Origin: a virus
Lineage: Duplodnaviria > Heunggongvirae > Uroviricota > Caudoviricetes
IMG/VR virus record: IMGVR_UViG_3300017705_000602
Length of the DNA stretch: 64,000 nt
Reading direction: 5' to 3' (one strand)
Part shown: positions 9,542 to 19,519 of the stretch, piece by piece
How positions within the stretch are numbered: the stretch's first letter is position 1
How the letters are laid out: every line of letters starts with the position of its first letter
Made by a program: the position numbers and the translations under genes
The notes under the pieces: model-generated
What the model saw: only the letters and a program-made list of their open reading frames with translations
The model's database searches: none
Told to the model about the DNA's origin: nothing

Positions 9542-10552
9542 ATGGATACACTAGAGAATATAATACGGGATCACCTCGGTCCCGTACAGCAGACAAGGAA
9601 AGGCTGGCTAAGCCGCAACTGCATGATGTGTCATCATCATGGAGAGTCTCCTGACAGACGAGGACGTTTCGGAATAATCTTTTCACCGGACGGCGGTGTA
9701 GCTACGAGTTGTTTTAATTGTAGTCACAAGTCAAAGTTTGTTCCAGGTGAAACCTTCAGTAAAGAGTTTTCTTTATTTCTGCAAGAAATTGGCATTCCTG
9801 CTCGCACAGTTAAGTTAATGAACTTTGACTTGTACAAGCAGTACTATGGCAAAGACGCACTTCACGAATTACAAATTGCTGAAAACATCAGCGCCAAGTG
9901 GACCCCGGCACAGTTGCCAAGCCAAGCGTTAACTATGCAGGAATGGGCAGACAACGGTTGTGCCGATCGTAATTTTTTGAATGTGGTAAAATATGCTTAT
10001 GAACGCGGAATACGCAACTTTGAGCAGTTTTACTGGACCCCTCAAACAAACGGAATGTTAAACAAAAGACTGATCATTCCGTTCTATTATCGCAACACGT
10101 TAGTTGGCTTTACAGGCAGATTTGTGGGCACGCCGCCTAGCAAACAAATAACAAAGTACTACAACATATCGCCACCGGATTTTTTGTATAATCTTGATAG
10201 GCAATCGCCACACAACGATTATATAATAGTAGCCGAAGGCGTGCTTGATGCTTATGCAATACACGGTGTTTCGGCACAAGGTAACGAAATCAACGAATCG
10301 CAGATTGCATTTATACAGTCGTTAAATAAACAAGTTATAGTATTACCGGACTTTGACAAAGACGGTAGTGCATTAGTTGAAGTTGCTGCCAAGCATAACT
10401 GGGCAGTTTCGTTTCCTTTCTGGAGCAACGAAATCAAAGATGCATCAAAAGCAGTTGAAACATACGGCAGGATAGCCACTATGCTATCGGTAATTGAAGC
10501 CGCCGACTACGACACATTTTCGGCTCGAGTAAAATGGAGAATGAAACATTGA
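9542..10552 (+). CDS. DNA primase (T4 gp61-like)
   Basis: N-terminal CxxC...CxxC zinc site; TOPRIM AEGVLDA and PDFD; adjacent helicase. Confidence 0.85.
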   Translation: MDTLENIIRDHLGPVQQTRKGWLSRNCMMCHHHGESPDRRGRFGIIFSPDGGVATSCFNCSHKSKFVPGETFSKEFSLFLQEIGIPARTVKLMNFDLYKQYYGKDALHELQIAENISAKWTPAQLPSQALTMQEWADNGCADRNFLNVVKYAYERGIRNFEQFYWTPQTNGMLNKRLIIPFYYRNTLVGFTGRFVGTPPSKQITKYYNISPPDFLYNLDRQSPHNDYIIVAEGVLDAYAIHGVSAQGNEINESQIAFIQSLNKQVIVLPDFDKDGSALVEVAAKHNWAVSFPFWSNEIKDASKAVETYGRIATMLSVIEAADYDTFSARVKWRMKH

Positions 10553-11991
10553 GTGAAATAAAGGACTATACTAAGGACATTGAAGATCTGTTTATTCAGT
10601 TTTTGATAACAGATCCAGAACTGTACATTAGATGTAAAGGGATTACACAGCCTCAGTATTTTAACAACGATGAAAATCAGGCAGTTGTAAGATTTCTAGA
10701 CGAACACAGTAACGATCATACTACATTGCCTACTATTGCACAAATTAAAGCAGTAACAGGTAAAAAAGGTTTAGAAAAACTAGACGACATCAACGAAAGT
10801 CATTCGGATTGGTTTCTAAAAGAGTACGAAACATTTGTACGACACAAAGCAATCGAAGCAGTAATATTAAACTCGGTGGATTTAGTTAAAGACCATCGTT
10901 ACGGCGAAGTTGAAAAAGCAGTTAAAGAAGCTGTACAAATCGGACTAGTCAAGAACTTGGGTACTGATTACTTTCATGATCCAGTTTCGCGTCTTGAAGC
11001 AATTAAAAACAACAGCGGCATGATCAGCACAGGCTGGCGCGATGTCGACAACAAACTTTACGGCGGACTAAACCGCGGCGAGATTTGCATTTTTGCTGGA
11101 CAATCGGGCGCAGGCAAAAGTTTGTTTCTACAGAACATGGGCGTAAACTGGGCACAGCTTGGACTGAATGTTGTTTACATCACATTAGAGTTAAGTGAAA
11201 ACTTGTGCGGTATGCGACTGGATGCAATGATTGCAGGTGTTGAAACACGCGGTGTTTTAAAAGATGTCGAAAACGTTGCTATGAAAGTTAAGAACTTTTA
11301 TCGCAAATACAAAGGCGACTTGCGGTTAAAGCAATTACCAAACGGTTGTACAGCAAACGACATACGTGCTTATGTAAAAGAGCTAGAAGTTCAAACAGGC
11401 CGCAAAGTAGATGCAATACTTGTTGACTACTTGGACTTGATGATGCCTGTGTCTGCTCGTGTTAGTCCAAGTGATCAGTTTATCAAAGATAAGTTTGTAT
11501 CGGAAGAATTGCGTAACGTTGCAGTTGAACTGAACATATTGTTAGTAACAGCTTCGCAGTTGAACAGGGGGTCATACGAAGAAGTAGAATTTGACCCGAG
11601 TCATATTGCAGGTGGTATATCCAAAGTAAATACAGCTGATAACGTAATTGGTATTTTTACTTCGCAGGCCATGCGTGAGTCCGGCCGCTATCAAATACAG
11701 TTTATGAAAACTCGTTCATCGTCTGGTGTAGGCAGCAGAGTTGACTTAGCATTTTCGCCAGTTACTTTGCGCATATACGACTTAGAAGAAGGCGAAGACG
11801 ATGCAATTACATCAAGTACAAAAAATGTAATGAGTCAGCTTAGGCAGTCGAACGTGGTTAACAATCCTGCGCCCAAAAGCCCGGCTATGTCAAACAAATC
11901 AAAAGCTCCGTCGTCAGCAAGCGATAAAGGCGAAGGTGTAGGACAACGAACTACACAATTAAGAAATATGCTCAAGAACATGGAAAAATAA
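10534..11991 (+). CDS. Replicative DnaB/gp41-like helicase
   Basis: GQSGAGKS Walker A, VDYLD Walker B, TASQLNR, KTR. Confidence 0.92.
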   Translation: MENETLSEIKDYTKDIEDLFIQFLITDPELYIRCKGITQPQYFNNDENQAVVRFLDEHSNDHTTLPTIAQIKAVTGKKGLEKLDDINESHSDWFLKEYETFVRHKAIEAVILNSVDLVKDHRYGEVEKAVKEAVQIGLVKNLGTDYFHDPVSRLEAIKNNSGMISTGWRDVDNKLYGGLNRGEICIFAGQSGAGKSLFLQNMGVNWAQLGLNVVYITLELSENLCGMRLDAMIAGVETRGVLKDVENVAMKVKNFYRKYKGDLRLKQLPNGCTANDIRAYVKELEVQTGRKVDAILVDYLDLMMPVSARVSPSDQFIKDKFVSEELRNVAVELNILLVTASQLNRGSYEEVEFDPSHIAGGISKVNTADNVIGIFTSQAMRESGRYQIQFMKTRSSSGVGSRVDLAFSPVTLRIYDLEEGEDDAITSSTKNVMSQLRQSNVVNNPAPKSPAMSNKSKAPSSASDKGEGVGQRTTQLRNMLKNMEK

Positions 11992-11992
11992 T

Positions 11993-12472
11993 ATGGACCA
12001 GGAATTTACAATAAACGATTACAATTTTAAGATGGTTTCCGAAGATGACTTCGGTGATTTAAAAACAGTCACCGAAGGGTTCGATGCATCCGGACAAAAG
12101 CGATTGTTCGAATGGTCTTTAACTAGACAATCGTGGTACGGCATTTATGTGGTTCGCCATAACAAAAAAATTGTTGGTCGATTTGAAATAAAAACAGTAA
12201 ACGGATCAATACCCGTTTACGAAGCCGGCAATCAGGTGCTGGAATCGTTGCGCAACTTAGGGCACGGTGCCGGAATGATCACAGCAGGTACCGAGTATAT
12301 CCGCGACCAACTTGGCGCAAGGCGTGTACAATGCGTAGTAGCAGTGGATAACAAATCATCAAATGCAATGATGCGCAACACCGAATACACGCTAGAAGCA
12401 ACTCTAAAAAACTATTCATTGACGGTAGCACATGACCCGTGTGATGCAAATATCTATTCTATGATTTTTTGA
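11993..12472 (+). CDS. GNAT (RimJ/RimL-like) acetyltransferase
   Basis: LRNLGHG acetyl-CoA loop; LGARRVQCVVAVDNKSS; EATLKN. Confidence 0.65.
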   Translation: MDQEFTINDYNFKMVSEDDFGDLKTVTEGFDASGQKRLFEWSLTRQSWYGIYVVRHNKKIVGRFEIKTVNGSIPVYEAGNQVLESLRNLGHGAGMITAGTEYIRDQLGARRVQCVVAVDNKSSNAMMRNTEYTLEATLKNYSLTVAHDPCDANIYSMIF

Positions 12473-12478
12473 TAAATA
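12471..12478 (+). promoter_or_regulatory. Late-type promoter motif
   Basis: TTTTT-GATAAATA at the start of the structural block. Confidence 0.65.
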
Positions 12479-12502
12479 CAGGAAACAGATTGCGAGGTTG
12501 GT

Positions 12503-12763
12503 TTGAGTTACGATAGATCAAATAAAGAAAGCATCATGCGTGCCCTTAGTAGCTATGTTCCTGAGGAAAGCAAGGAGGATGCGTATGAAATGCGTGCGCA
12601 ACATATTATTTCATCTGCTATTAATCTGCTTGAAACTTTAGAGGACGAATACTCCGATGAAGAATTCGATCAATTAAAAAAGCGTTTCATAAGCAGTATT
12701 AGGGGACAAGACCCTAAGCGATTCTCACGATCGATAATGAAAATTAAGGAATCGAAAAAATAA
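12503..12763 (+). CDS. Small hypothetical protein, probably virion
   Basis: TTG start after GAGG; TAATG junction with the next gene. Confidence 0.65.
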   Translation: MSYDRSNKESIMRALSSYVPEESKEDAYEMRAQHIISSAINLLETLEDEYSDEEFDQLKKRFISSIRGQDPKRFSRSIMKIKESKK

Positions 12764-13077
12764 TGGCGACATCATCAGAATTAATTAAAGGCTGGCTCCA
12801 GTATGCAAAGTCAAACGGTATTGCCGCAGGCAAGTTCGAAGGCCGCCCACCTGAAGATTCCGATCTTAAAGACTTTTTGGTATCTGCAGGCATCGACGAC
12901 ACTGTAGTTGATAATGTAATTGGAGATCTCGGATTACCCGAACCTGAAGCCCCACCTGCAGAACGCAAACTCAGCGACGAAGAAGTTAGATACCTAAACA
13001 AAACAAAACAAATTGTTAAGCAACTTTCGCCTGTACAAAGAAAACAACTATACAGGGAATTAAAAAGTGATTACTAA
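12763..13077 (+). CDS. Hypothetical protein
   Basis: 104-aa ORF in the late operon. Confidence 0.7.
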   Translation: MATSSELIKGWLQYAKSNGIAAGKFEGRPPEDSDLKDFLVSAGIDDTVVDNVIGDLGLPEPEAPPAERKLSDEEVRYLNKTKQIVKQLSPVQRKQLYRELKSDY

Positions 13078-14647
13078 TTTACTCGAATCTGCAAGACTTC
13101 AGCGTGCATATATCACAGCTGACGAAAATAAAGCATTAACAGAGTCGTTTGTTGTGTTATCGCAATTGCCCGATGAGCAATTACAGCAAGTGTTAGCCGA
13201 AGCCGATTTAACTGCTTCTGATGCGGCACGTATATTCAAAGCGGCAGTAGCGATGCGACAAGAAAAAGGTTTTGTAGCAAAGGCTAAAGATGCTTATGTT
13301 AATTCTGCTGACAAAATCAGTGGCATATCAAAGCAAGTAAAAAGAAAAATCAGCGCACTGATACAAAAATCCGAATCAACAACTGCAAAAATAGCCGAAC
13401 TAATCAATCAAGGCGGTGCCAAAGCAAACGAAACTATTGATATAATCGATAGTAAAGTGGATGCGCAGGTTCTGAAAACTAGATCAGCGGCACAGCGTTT
13501 GCCAGGTTCGTATGTTCCGATATCAGCTGAGATTACCGAAATACAAAAGATAGCAAAAGGTTCGCCACAATACAGTGCTTTTGCAGTTTCTTCGCTTGCT
13601 AGTGCAGAAAACATGATGCAACGTAATGTGTCGTTGCCGTCGATTGTGCTATACTTGTCTACTGTTTCGGAAGTAATGAAAGGCAAGAAGCTGTCGGCAT
13701 CTCTTGAAAAGGCACTAAGTGATATTGGCGCGACTGGCACTGCTTCTGTTAGCGAATCGGACTTTAATGAAAGTGAAGAAATCGGTCGTGTTCGAGAACT
13801 TGCCGGTCTTAGAGTAGATGAAAAGTTCGGACTAGGCAAAAAGCCCGAATTGGACTACGAAGAGCTATTGTCAACCTGGAACAAGCGTGGACGTCCAACT
13901 GACATTGACGAAATCAAACGAATATTAACAACTGCCGGATTATCCAATCGTGAAATATCTCGTGCATTTAAAAAGGCAGACGTTGACACAGGCGAAGGTT
14001 CTGATTTTAAAATTGCTAAATTGTCGGGTGCGTTAAAGAAAGCTGACTTAGCAAGCTACGTTATTGACTACTTAGAAGACATGCACCCTAAGGATATTTC
14101 GGAATCTGTTTCAGTGAACGAAGCCAAGATAAACGACAGTCAGATAAAAAAAGTGTTGTTACAAATTTCTCGTGTGTATAGTTCTTCGGATCAATCGCAA
14201 TCAAAGGCTGTTAGACGTTACTTGAAAAAGTTTACAGCACAGTTTAGTAATGCAAACGATCCTGAGGACAAAGAACGCATCGCAGGCGAAGCAGTTAACT
14301 ATTTGCACGACAGACAAAATTACGACGAGTACAACGATGCAGTAAATGCAGTAACCAAGTATATTCGTAATTCCGATTTAGAAAATGATGTCAAGCAGAA
14401 TATACTGTCTGCTATCAGTAACAAGACAACCTATAAAGCAAGACGCACAGTAAAGCAAGAGCCTGTTAAAGCTAAACCTCGTGCAAGAGTAACACCATCA
14501 GCAGACGGCAAACCACGTGTACGCCCAGCAGTTGAATCATTAACTCTTTCAGAGTTGCAAGAATTGTTTGAAGATGCTATAGTAAGAGACATGAAATCTC
14601 GATATGGCAGAATCAAACGTGAAGCACTTAGAAGACCTACCCGCTAA
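13067..14647 (+). CDS. Putative internal head protein
   Basis: GTG start; many xxES sites; RVRELAGL motif; late operon. Confidence 0.6.
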   Translation: MITNLLESARLQRAYITADENKALTESFVVLSQLPDEQLQQVLAEADLTASDAARIFKAAVAMRQEKGFVAKAKDAYVNSADKISGISKQVKRKISALIQKSESTTAKIAELINQGGAKANETIDIIDSKVDAQVLKTRSAAQRLPGSYVPISAEITEIQKIAKGSPQYSAFAVSSLASAENMMQRNVSLPSIVLYLSTVSEVMKGKKLSASLEKALSDIGATGTASVSESDFNESEEIGRVRELAGLRVDEKFGLGKKPELDYEELLSTWNKRGRPTDIDEIKRILTTAGLSNREISRAFKKADVDTGEGSDFKIAKLSGALKKADLASYVIDYLEDMHPKDISESVSVNEAKINDSQIKKVLLQISRVYSSSDQSQSKAVRRYLKKFTAQFSNANDPEDKERIAGEAVNYLHDRQNYDEYNDAVNAVTKYIRNSDLENDVKQNILSAISNKTTYKARRTVKQEPVKAKPRARVTPSADGKPRVRPAVESLTLSELQELFEDAIVRDMKSRYGRIKREALRRPTR

Positions 14648-15752
14648 AGACATACTAAAATTTATATCTGACCCATTGAGCTTTTCTTGTACTGAAAAGT
14701 TAGATGGGTCATTTATTATAATTGGTCGTGACAACAAAGGCATTTACACTCGCCGTCAAAACAAAGAAAAATATTATCAGGTAAGCGACTACGACGACAG
14801 TTTTGCAAGCAACTACCAGAAGCTTGCTCTTGCATCTGCTCTTGCACAGTCCGAGTTTGTCGAATCGTTAATTGATATTAACGAAGAAGTAGGCGCCGAA
14901 GTTCTTATCGGCATGCAGCCAAACGTGGTAGTGTATTACAATAACCACAACAAAGTGCATGTGGTATTGTTTAAGGAATTAAATCGCACCGAAAGTTCAG
15001 ATGAGAAAGTTCGCGGTATCAAGTTATTGTCTACTTTCCAAAACTCGTACACAGAGTCTGTAATAAAAGAACACGATTACAACACTACGATTTCTACAAT
15101 CGACAGCTTCAAGCGCACTCCGGAAATAAGAGAAACTGCTCAGCAATTCTTTTTGTCATTGCTTACCCTTAATCATACTATCGCAGGCGTTGAGCTTTCG
15201 TCAAACCAAATCATCGATTGGCCACTGAACAAACGCCACCCCGGTGATTTCAACAAACCTTGGCAAGAAGTCAAGCACGACTTTAAGAATTATCGAGAAA
15301 AGATAAGAGCCATTATTAAAAAAGAAAAAATGAAGCTGTCGGAATTTACCAAAGCTGACGATCCGTTTAGTTTGTATTCCCCGAGTGTTAACGAAGGATA
15401 CGTGTTTACAAATGGCGACATTGAATTCAAGTTAGTCGATCAGCAGTGCTTTACTGCTTTTAAAAATTTCGTATGGCAATACAGAGACATGTTACGCCAT
15501 GCCCGTAAACAAGCTGGCGAAATTGTTACACTTGAACAAGTACAAGATCTTCGAGATTGTTATCTTGATATTATCGATAAATACGAAGCAGAGTTGAAAG
15601 ACTCAGTTGAGCTAACAAGTACTTGCGGACGCAAGTTTAGTGAATCACGCTCAAAGACAGTAAAAACACGCGACATTAGTGCGTTTGTAACTGCATTTAA
15701 CGAATTATCAAGGATCGAAAATGAGATTAGACGAGATAACAGGAACGCTTGA
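14604..15752 (+). CDS. ATP-dependent ligase-fold nucleotidyltransferase (RNA-ligase-like adenylation domain)
   Basis: TEKLDG motif I, GAEVL (III), NEGYVF (IV), FKLVD (V); no OB domain evident. Confidence 0.6.
   Translation: MAESNVKHLEDLPAKDILKFISDPLSFSCTEKLDGSFIIIGRDNKGIYTRRQNKEKYYQVSDYDDSFASNYQKLALASALAQSEFVESLIDINEEVGAEVLIGMQPNVVVYYNNHNKVHVVLFKELNRTESSDEKVRGIKLLSTFQNSYTESVIKEHDYNTTISTIDSFKRTPEIRETAQQFFLSLLTLNHTIAGVELSSNQIIDWPLNKRHPGDFNKPWQEVKHDFKNYREKIRAIIKKEKMKLSEFTKADDPFSLYSPSVNEGYVFTNGDIEFKLVDQQCFTAFKNFVWQYRDMLRHARKQAGEIVTLEQVQDLRDCYLDIIDKYEAELKDSVELTSTCGRKFSESRSKTVKTRDISAFVTAFNELSRIENEIRRDNRNA
15576..15583 (+). promoter_or_regulatory. Possible intragenic late-type promoter
   Basis: GATAAATA about 140 nt upstream of the 15721 gene. 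Confidence 0.35.
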
Positions 15753-16011
15753 TCGTCCGTACTTTAGCACTTATTCTGCCGCTGTTCAGCATGCAAGACT
15801 GGTTGCCTCTAAAAAAGGATACGAAGTAAGCGACGACGAATGGTTTAACAGTGTAAACGCAGGACCACGTAAACCGTCAGAAGGCGAAACAGTAAGACTT
15901 GATCTCGCATTAACTAAAGACGATAAACCGGTAAATAAAATGCTTGCTATACAAGTATATAATAGAGGAACAGATACAGGTACATATGAGCTGAACTTTT
16001 ATATTACCTAA
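15721..16011 (+). CDS. Small putative virion protein
   Basis: MRLDEI N-terminus; GPRKPSEG...IQVYN...YELNFY domain recalled from T4-like phage proteins. Confidence 0.65.
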   Translation: MRLDEITGTLDRPYFSTYSAAVQHARLVASKKGYEVSDDEWFNSVNAGPRKPSEGETVRLDLALTKDDKPVNKMLAIQVYNRGTDTGTYELNFYIT

Positions 16012-16028
16012 TTTAAAAGGATTTTAGA

Positions 16029-16481
16029 ATGAAGATTAAGGATTTAACCGAAAGTGCTGTACGTGAGGACGACGATCCTTGTTGGGACGGTTACGAGCAG
16101 ATAGGCATGAAAACCAAAGACGGTAAAGAAGTGCCAAACTGTGTACCGGAAGGCATCGAAGAATATACTATACCCGATGACGCAGTTGAAATTCACGGAT
16201 CGCTTGCGGCACCGCTTGAAGAAGCCGAGTACCAAGGTCGCGAAGTAGAATTAAACAAGCCTACCCGCGGCGATGTTAAAAAATTCAAAGTGTATGTTAA
16301 AAATGACAAAGGTAACGTAGTAAAAGTTAACTTTGGATCACCTGACATGAGCATCAAGCGCGATGATCCAGAAGCTAAGAAAAGTTTTCGTGCTCGTCAC
16401 AAATGCGATCAAAAGAAAGACAAAACATCTGCAGGTTACTGGTCATGTCGTTCATGGTCTAGCAATGCCGATTGGGTATAG
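16029..16481 (+). CDS. Putative internal head protein
   Basis: MKIKDLTES N-terminus; CWDGYEQIGMK...VPNCVP and KSFRARHKC...YWSC modules. Confidence 0.7.
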   Translation: MKIKDLTESAVREDDDPCWDGYEQIGMKTKDGKEVPNCVPEGIEEYTIPDDAVEIHGSLAAPLEEAEYQGREVELNKPTRGDVKKFKVYVKNDKGNVVKVNFGSPDMSIKRDDPEAKKSFRARHKCDQKKDKTSAGYWSCRSWSSNADWV

Positions 16482-16510
16482 TTGACCATTGTATCATTCT
16501 AACGTATACT
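16482..16510 (+). promoter_or_regulatory. sigma70-type promoter
   Basis: TTGACC-17 nt-TATACT. Confidence 0.75.
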
Positions 16511-16541
16511 AAGAGCATTATTAGTCTTAAGAGAAAACATC

Positions 16542-17384
16542 ATGGGCGGCAATGCTTTTAGTAACGTTAAACCTATCAAGAAAGAACATATCAACGAAAC
16601 AGTCGAATCTGTTGTAAGTTTGTGTCTCTTACCATCAAACTATCGAGTACTTGGATCAGCAGGCAAGAAACCATTAAGTGGTGATCTTGACATTGCAGTT
16701 GATATAACCGATGCAGACAAACAACAAGAGCTGTTCAAATTTCTCAAGACGTTGATCAACGATCATGATGTGCGCAAATTTAGTGGCAATATAAGCTTTC
16801 CGTGGACTGTGCCACAAACACGAGAAAAAGTGCAAGTAGATTTTATATTCGGTGACCCCGAATGGCTTTCTTTTTATTACCACTCGCCGTCTGCAGAAGA
16901 ATCTCGCTTTAAAGGTACTCATCGCAACATTGCAATGTCAGCATTGGCATCGTTAACAGAACGCCAAGAGTTATCCACAGACGTTAACCCAGACGGCAAT
17001 TGTGTTGATGCTGTGCGTTGGAAATGGTCTGCAAAAACTGGATTAAGCAAAGTTCATCGCACATACAAGAAACGATCCGACGGTAATGGCTATGTGAAAA
17101 CACCAACAGAGCACACGCTGGCAGGCCCGTTTTATACACCGCTTACTATTGCTAGCATATTGCTCGACTTCAGTTTAAGTGATAAATATGTAACAAATGC
17201 GGAAAAGATAAATTGCTTCAACAGTCTTGAATCTATCTTGCAAGCTGTAAAAGATTTGTACAGTGAAGACGCACAGTTTACAGAGTCGTTGTATCAGCGT
17301 ATGGCAAAATACTTGTCTGAGCACCACGACTTGAAAAAATACAATTGGGATTACCCCGACGAGATTAACCGCTATATAAAATAG
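16542..17384 (+). CDS. Pol-beta-superfamily nucleotidyltransferase
   Basis: LGSAGKKPLSGDLDIAVD (GS...DxD) and a third Asp in VQVDF. Confidence 0.7.
   Translation: MGGNAFSNVKPIKKEHINETVESVVSLCLLPSNYRVLGSAGKKPLSGDLDIAVDITDADKQQELFKFLKTLINDHDVRKFSGNISFPWTVPQTREKVQVDFIFGDPEWLSFYYHSPSAEESRFKGTHRNIAMSALASLTERQELSTDVNPDGNCVDAVRWKWSAKTGLSKVHRTYKKRSDGNGYVKTPTEHTLAGPFYTPLTIASILLDFSLSDKYVTNAEKINCFNSLESILQAVKDLYSEDAQFTESLYQRMAKYLSEHHDLKKYNWDYPDEINRYIK
17181..17188 (+). promoter_or_regulatory. Possible intragenic late-type promoter
   Basis: GATAAATA about 210 nt upstream of the 17398 gene. Confidence 0.3.
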
Positions 17385-17397
17385 TAAAGGAAACAAA

Positions 17398-18465
17398 ATG
17401 TCATCAAACGGATTTGATAAAATTTTAAATGAATTCCAAAAGGATTGCTGGGAAGGCCTGGACCGAGTACTCGAATCCGAACGACCCGAGTGGCACAAAA
17501 TAATTATTGCAGGCCAACCAGCCGAAGTAAAAGGCCGCCGCACATATCGCGGCTACTTGTATAACAACACATTCTATTACATGGACGACCAAGGTGATGT
17601 AAAACAAGTTGATGCCTCGCGCTTGGGTAAGAAACTAGAACTCAACCTTAAAAAGTTAAAACCAAAGCGCGACCTAGATGCAGTATCGAGAATGCTCTCA
17701 ACTGCGGAAAGTCTAGACGAAGGGTTCATTACTAGCTTACCAACCGGTTGGGTCGACTGGAAAAAGAAACACGGTTTAACTAAAGCATTCGGCCAAAAAA
17801 AGCTGGATAAAGCAGTAGACATGTTTAAGCAACTCGCTAATCGTCCTAAGACAGTTAACCCTAAAAAACCGCTATTAATCGCCGCAGGCTTACTGGATAT
17901 TGACCCACGTATACTGTCACATGAACTTGAGAGTCGTGGCATTGACCCTGATCCAGTTCGTGTCGAAGAAGGCAATGCAGAAACCAAACAGCAACGTCCA
18001 GACCGCGGAAACCCACGCAAGCTAAAAACAACAAACACCATGGGCTTGTCTCGTGCTATCGATCAGAGCAAAGACTTTAGTGTAGTCAAGTCGCATTACT
18101 TGTCTAACGGTTTGGTTGCACTAGTAAGAGACGATAACGGTGATGCATACGAAGTTACAATAAAGCCATCATACATGGGCGATTACTTTGATGCCGAACG
18201 TGGCGTAGCCGAAGATATCAACGAAGCACAATATCCTGGTGCAATTGGATATGAAGAAGTTGTAAAGTTTCATCAGCATGCTAACCCACAAGAACTTGAA
18301 GCTTTTAACAAATTAATTGATAGCGGACGCAATGACGAAGCATGGCACATGGTAAACAGTACTGTGCAATCGCAATCTGGCATCGAAGAAGAAATAAACG
18401 ATAAGTATGCTACCATGAACAGCAAGCCTGACGACTATTTAGATGGAGATAAATTCGTCGGATAG
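17398..18465 (+). CDS. Putative internal head protein (mosaic of small domains)
   Basis: AAGGA RBS; domains separated by xxE(S/G/A) sites. Confidence 0.6.
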   Translation: MSSNGFDKILNEFQKDCWEGLDRVLESERPEWHKIIIAGQPAEVKGRRTYRGYLYNNTFYYMDDQGDVKQVDASRLGKKLELNLKKLKPKRDLDAVSRMLSTAESLDEGFITSLPTGWVDWKKKHGLTKAFGQKKLDKAVDMFKQLANRPKTVNPKKPLLIAAGLLDIDPRILSHELESRGIDPDPVRVEEGNAETKQQRPDRGNPRKLKTTNTMGLSRAIDQSKDFSVVKSHYLSNGLVALVRDDNGDAYEVTIKPSYMGDYFDAERGVAEDINEAQYPGAIGYEEVVKFHQHANPQELEAFNKLIDSGRNDEAWHMVNSTVQSQSGIEEEINDKYATMNSKPDDYLDGDKFVG

Positions 18466-18486
18466 GATACATTTTTTGCTAAAAGA

Positions 18487-18494
18487 GATAAATA
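18487..18494 (+). promoter_or_regulatory. Late-type promoter motif
   Basis: GATAAATA 51 nt before ATG 18546. Confidence 0.65.
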
Positions 18495-18545
18495 AAAGTA
18501 ACAGCAAACAAAAGTTTGTAAAAAGAATTTATAGGAGATTTAATT

Positions 18546-18896
18546 ATGGTAGCTAAGGTTAATGGTAACCCAGAGCAAGGTGTATGGTTTGAACGCGATG
18601 TTTCATTTGTAGAAATCACTTCAGACGCAACCGATTTCGAAGTAGCAGATTTTGATGTTAACGGCATTGTTGATCAAGTAGTTCGTGTTATGCAAACACG
18701 TGGTACTGTGCTAGGTATCAGTCGCGAAAGCGACACTGTTCTACATTTAGTATACGGTCATGCAGGCGGCGAATTTACAGTTGCTATCCTTGACGAACTA
18801 AAAGCAGAACTTGACGCTATTGCAGATACCGGTACGTTCTCGCTAGTACTTGGTACTGGTTGGACAACATTTGGTTCAGAAACAACATCAAGCTAA
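18546..18896 (+). CDS. Putative virion structural protein (paralogue 1 of 3)
   Basis: AGGAG RBS; own promoter and terminator; N-terminal KVNG motif. Confidence 0.7.
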   Translation: MVAKVNGNPEQGVWFERDVSFVEITSDATDFEVADFDVNGIVDQVVRVMQTRGTVLGISRESDTVLHLVYGHAGGEFTVAILDELKAELDAIADTGTFSLVLGTGWTTFGSETTSS

Positions 18897-18916
18897 ACTG
18901 ATTAGTTAGGCATACT

Positions 18917-18942
18917 AAAAACGGACTTCGGTCCGTTTTTTT
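18917..18942 (+). terminator. Rho-independent terminator with a cUUCGg loop
   Basis: AAAAACGGAC-TTCG-GTCCGTTTTTTT. Confidence 0.9.
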
Positions 18943-18963
18943 ATGACCGTAGTTTCAGAAATT

Positions 18964-18971
18964 GATAAATA
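18964..18971 (+). promoter_or_regulatory. Late-type promoter motif
   Basis: GATAAATA just after the terminator, 29 nt before ATG 19001. Confidence 0.7.
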
Positions 18972-19000
18972 CACAAAACGATTATACTTAGGAGACAATC

Positions 19001-19507
19001 ATGACTTTACGAGTACACGGCGGAATCATTTCCGACCAAACTCTAACCGGTAGCTTGCTACACTTTAAAATCACTAAAGCGGCAGGCAACTTTGGATACG
19101 TTGTAAGTGACGGATCAGTTACTATTCCGCCATCAAGCAAAGGCGGTCCTGAAGGCTCAACTGTTACTTTTTATCAGCTTATCGATGATGGCGATGCAGT
19201 ACCAGAGTCAGCAGGCGAACTTGTATTAAGGGCAATTGCAGAAAAATGCACCGTTGTTCAGATCGGTTTAGTAGGAACACCAGACGTAACCGAAATACAT
19301 ATTGCAATCGAAAATACTGCAATTGGTTGGATTGACAACGCTAGCGAAATTGACACAGATGCAATGGCCACTGCAATTGCAGATTTAGGTTCAGTAACTG
19401 TGCCTACCACAAGCGGAACACCCGACGACAATACTGCGACACCTGTTACTGAAGCAATTGACCTTAGTGACGTTGCAGTTGAACTGGTACCTTACGTACT
19501 AGCATAA
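19001..19507 (+). CDS. Putative virion structural protein (paralogue 2 of 3)
   Basis: AGGAG RBS; RVHG...QTLTGSL N-terminus. Confidence 0.7.
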   Translation: MTLRVHGGIISDQTLTGSLLHFKITKAAGNFGYVVSDGSVTIPPSSKGGPEGSTVTFYQLIDDGDAVPESAGELVLRAIAEKCTVVQIGLVGTPDVTEIHIAIENTAIGWIDNASEIDTDAMATAIADLGSVTVPTTSGTPDDNTATPVTEAIDLSDVAVELVPYVLA

Positions 19508-19519
19508 TAGGAGAAATAC

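Noticed and set aside
14604-14647. Programmed frameshift joining the 13067 head protein to the ligase-fold ORF (44-nt overlap)
   Set aside because: No slippery heptamer or stimulatory structure is evident; overlaps of similar size occur elsewhere in the window.
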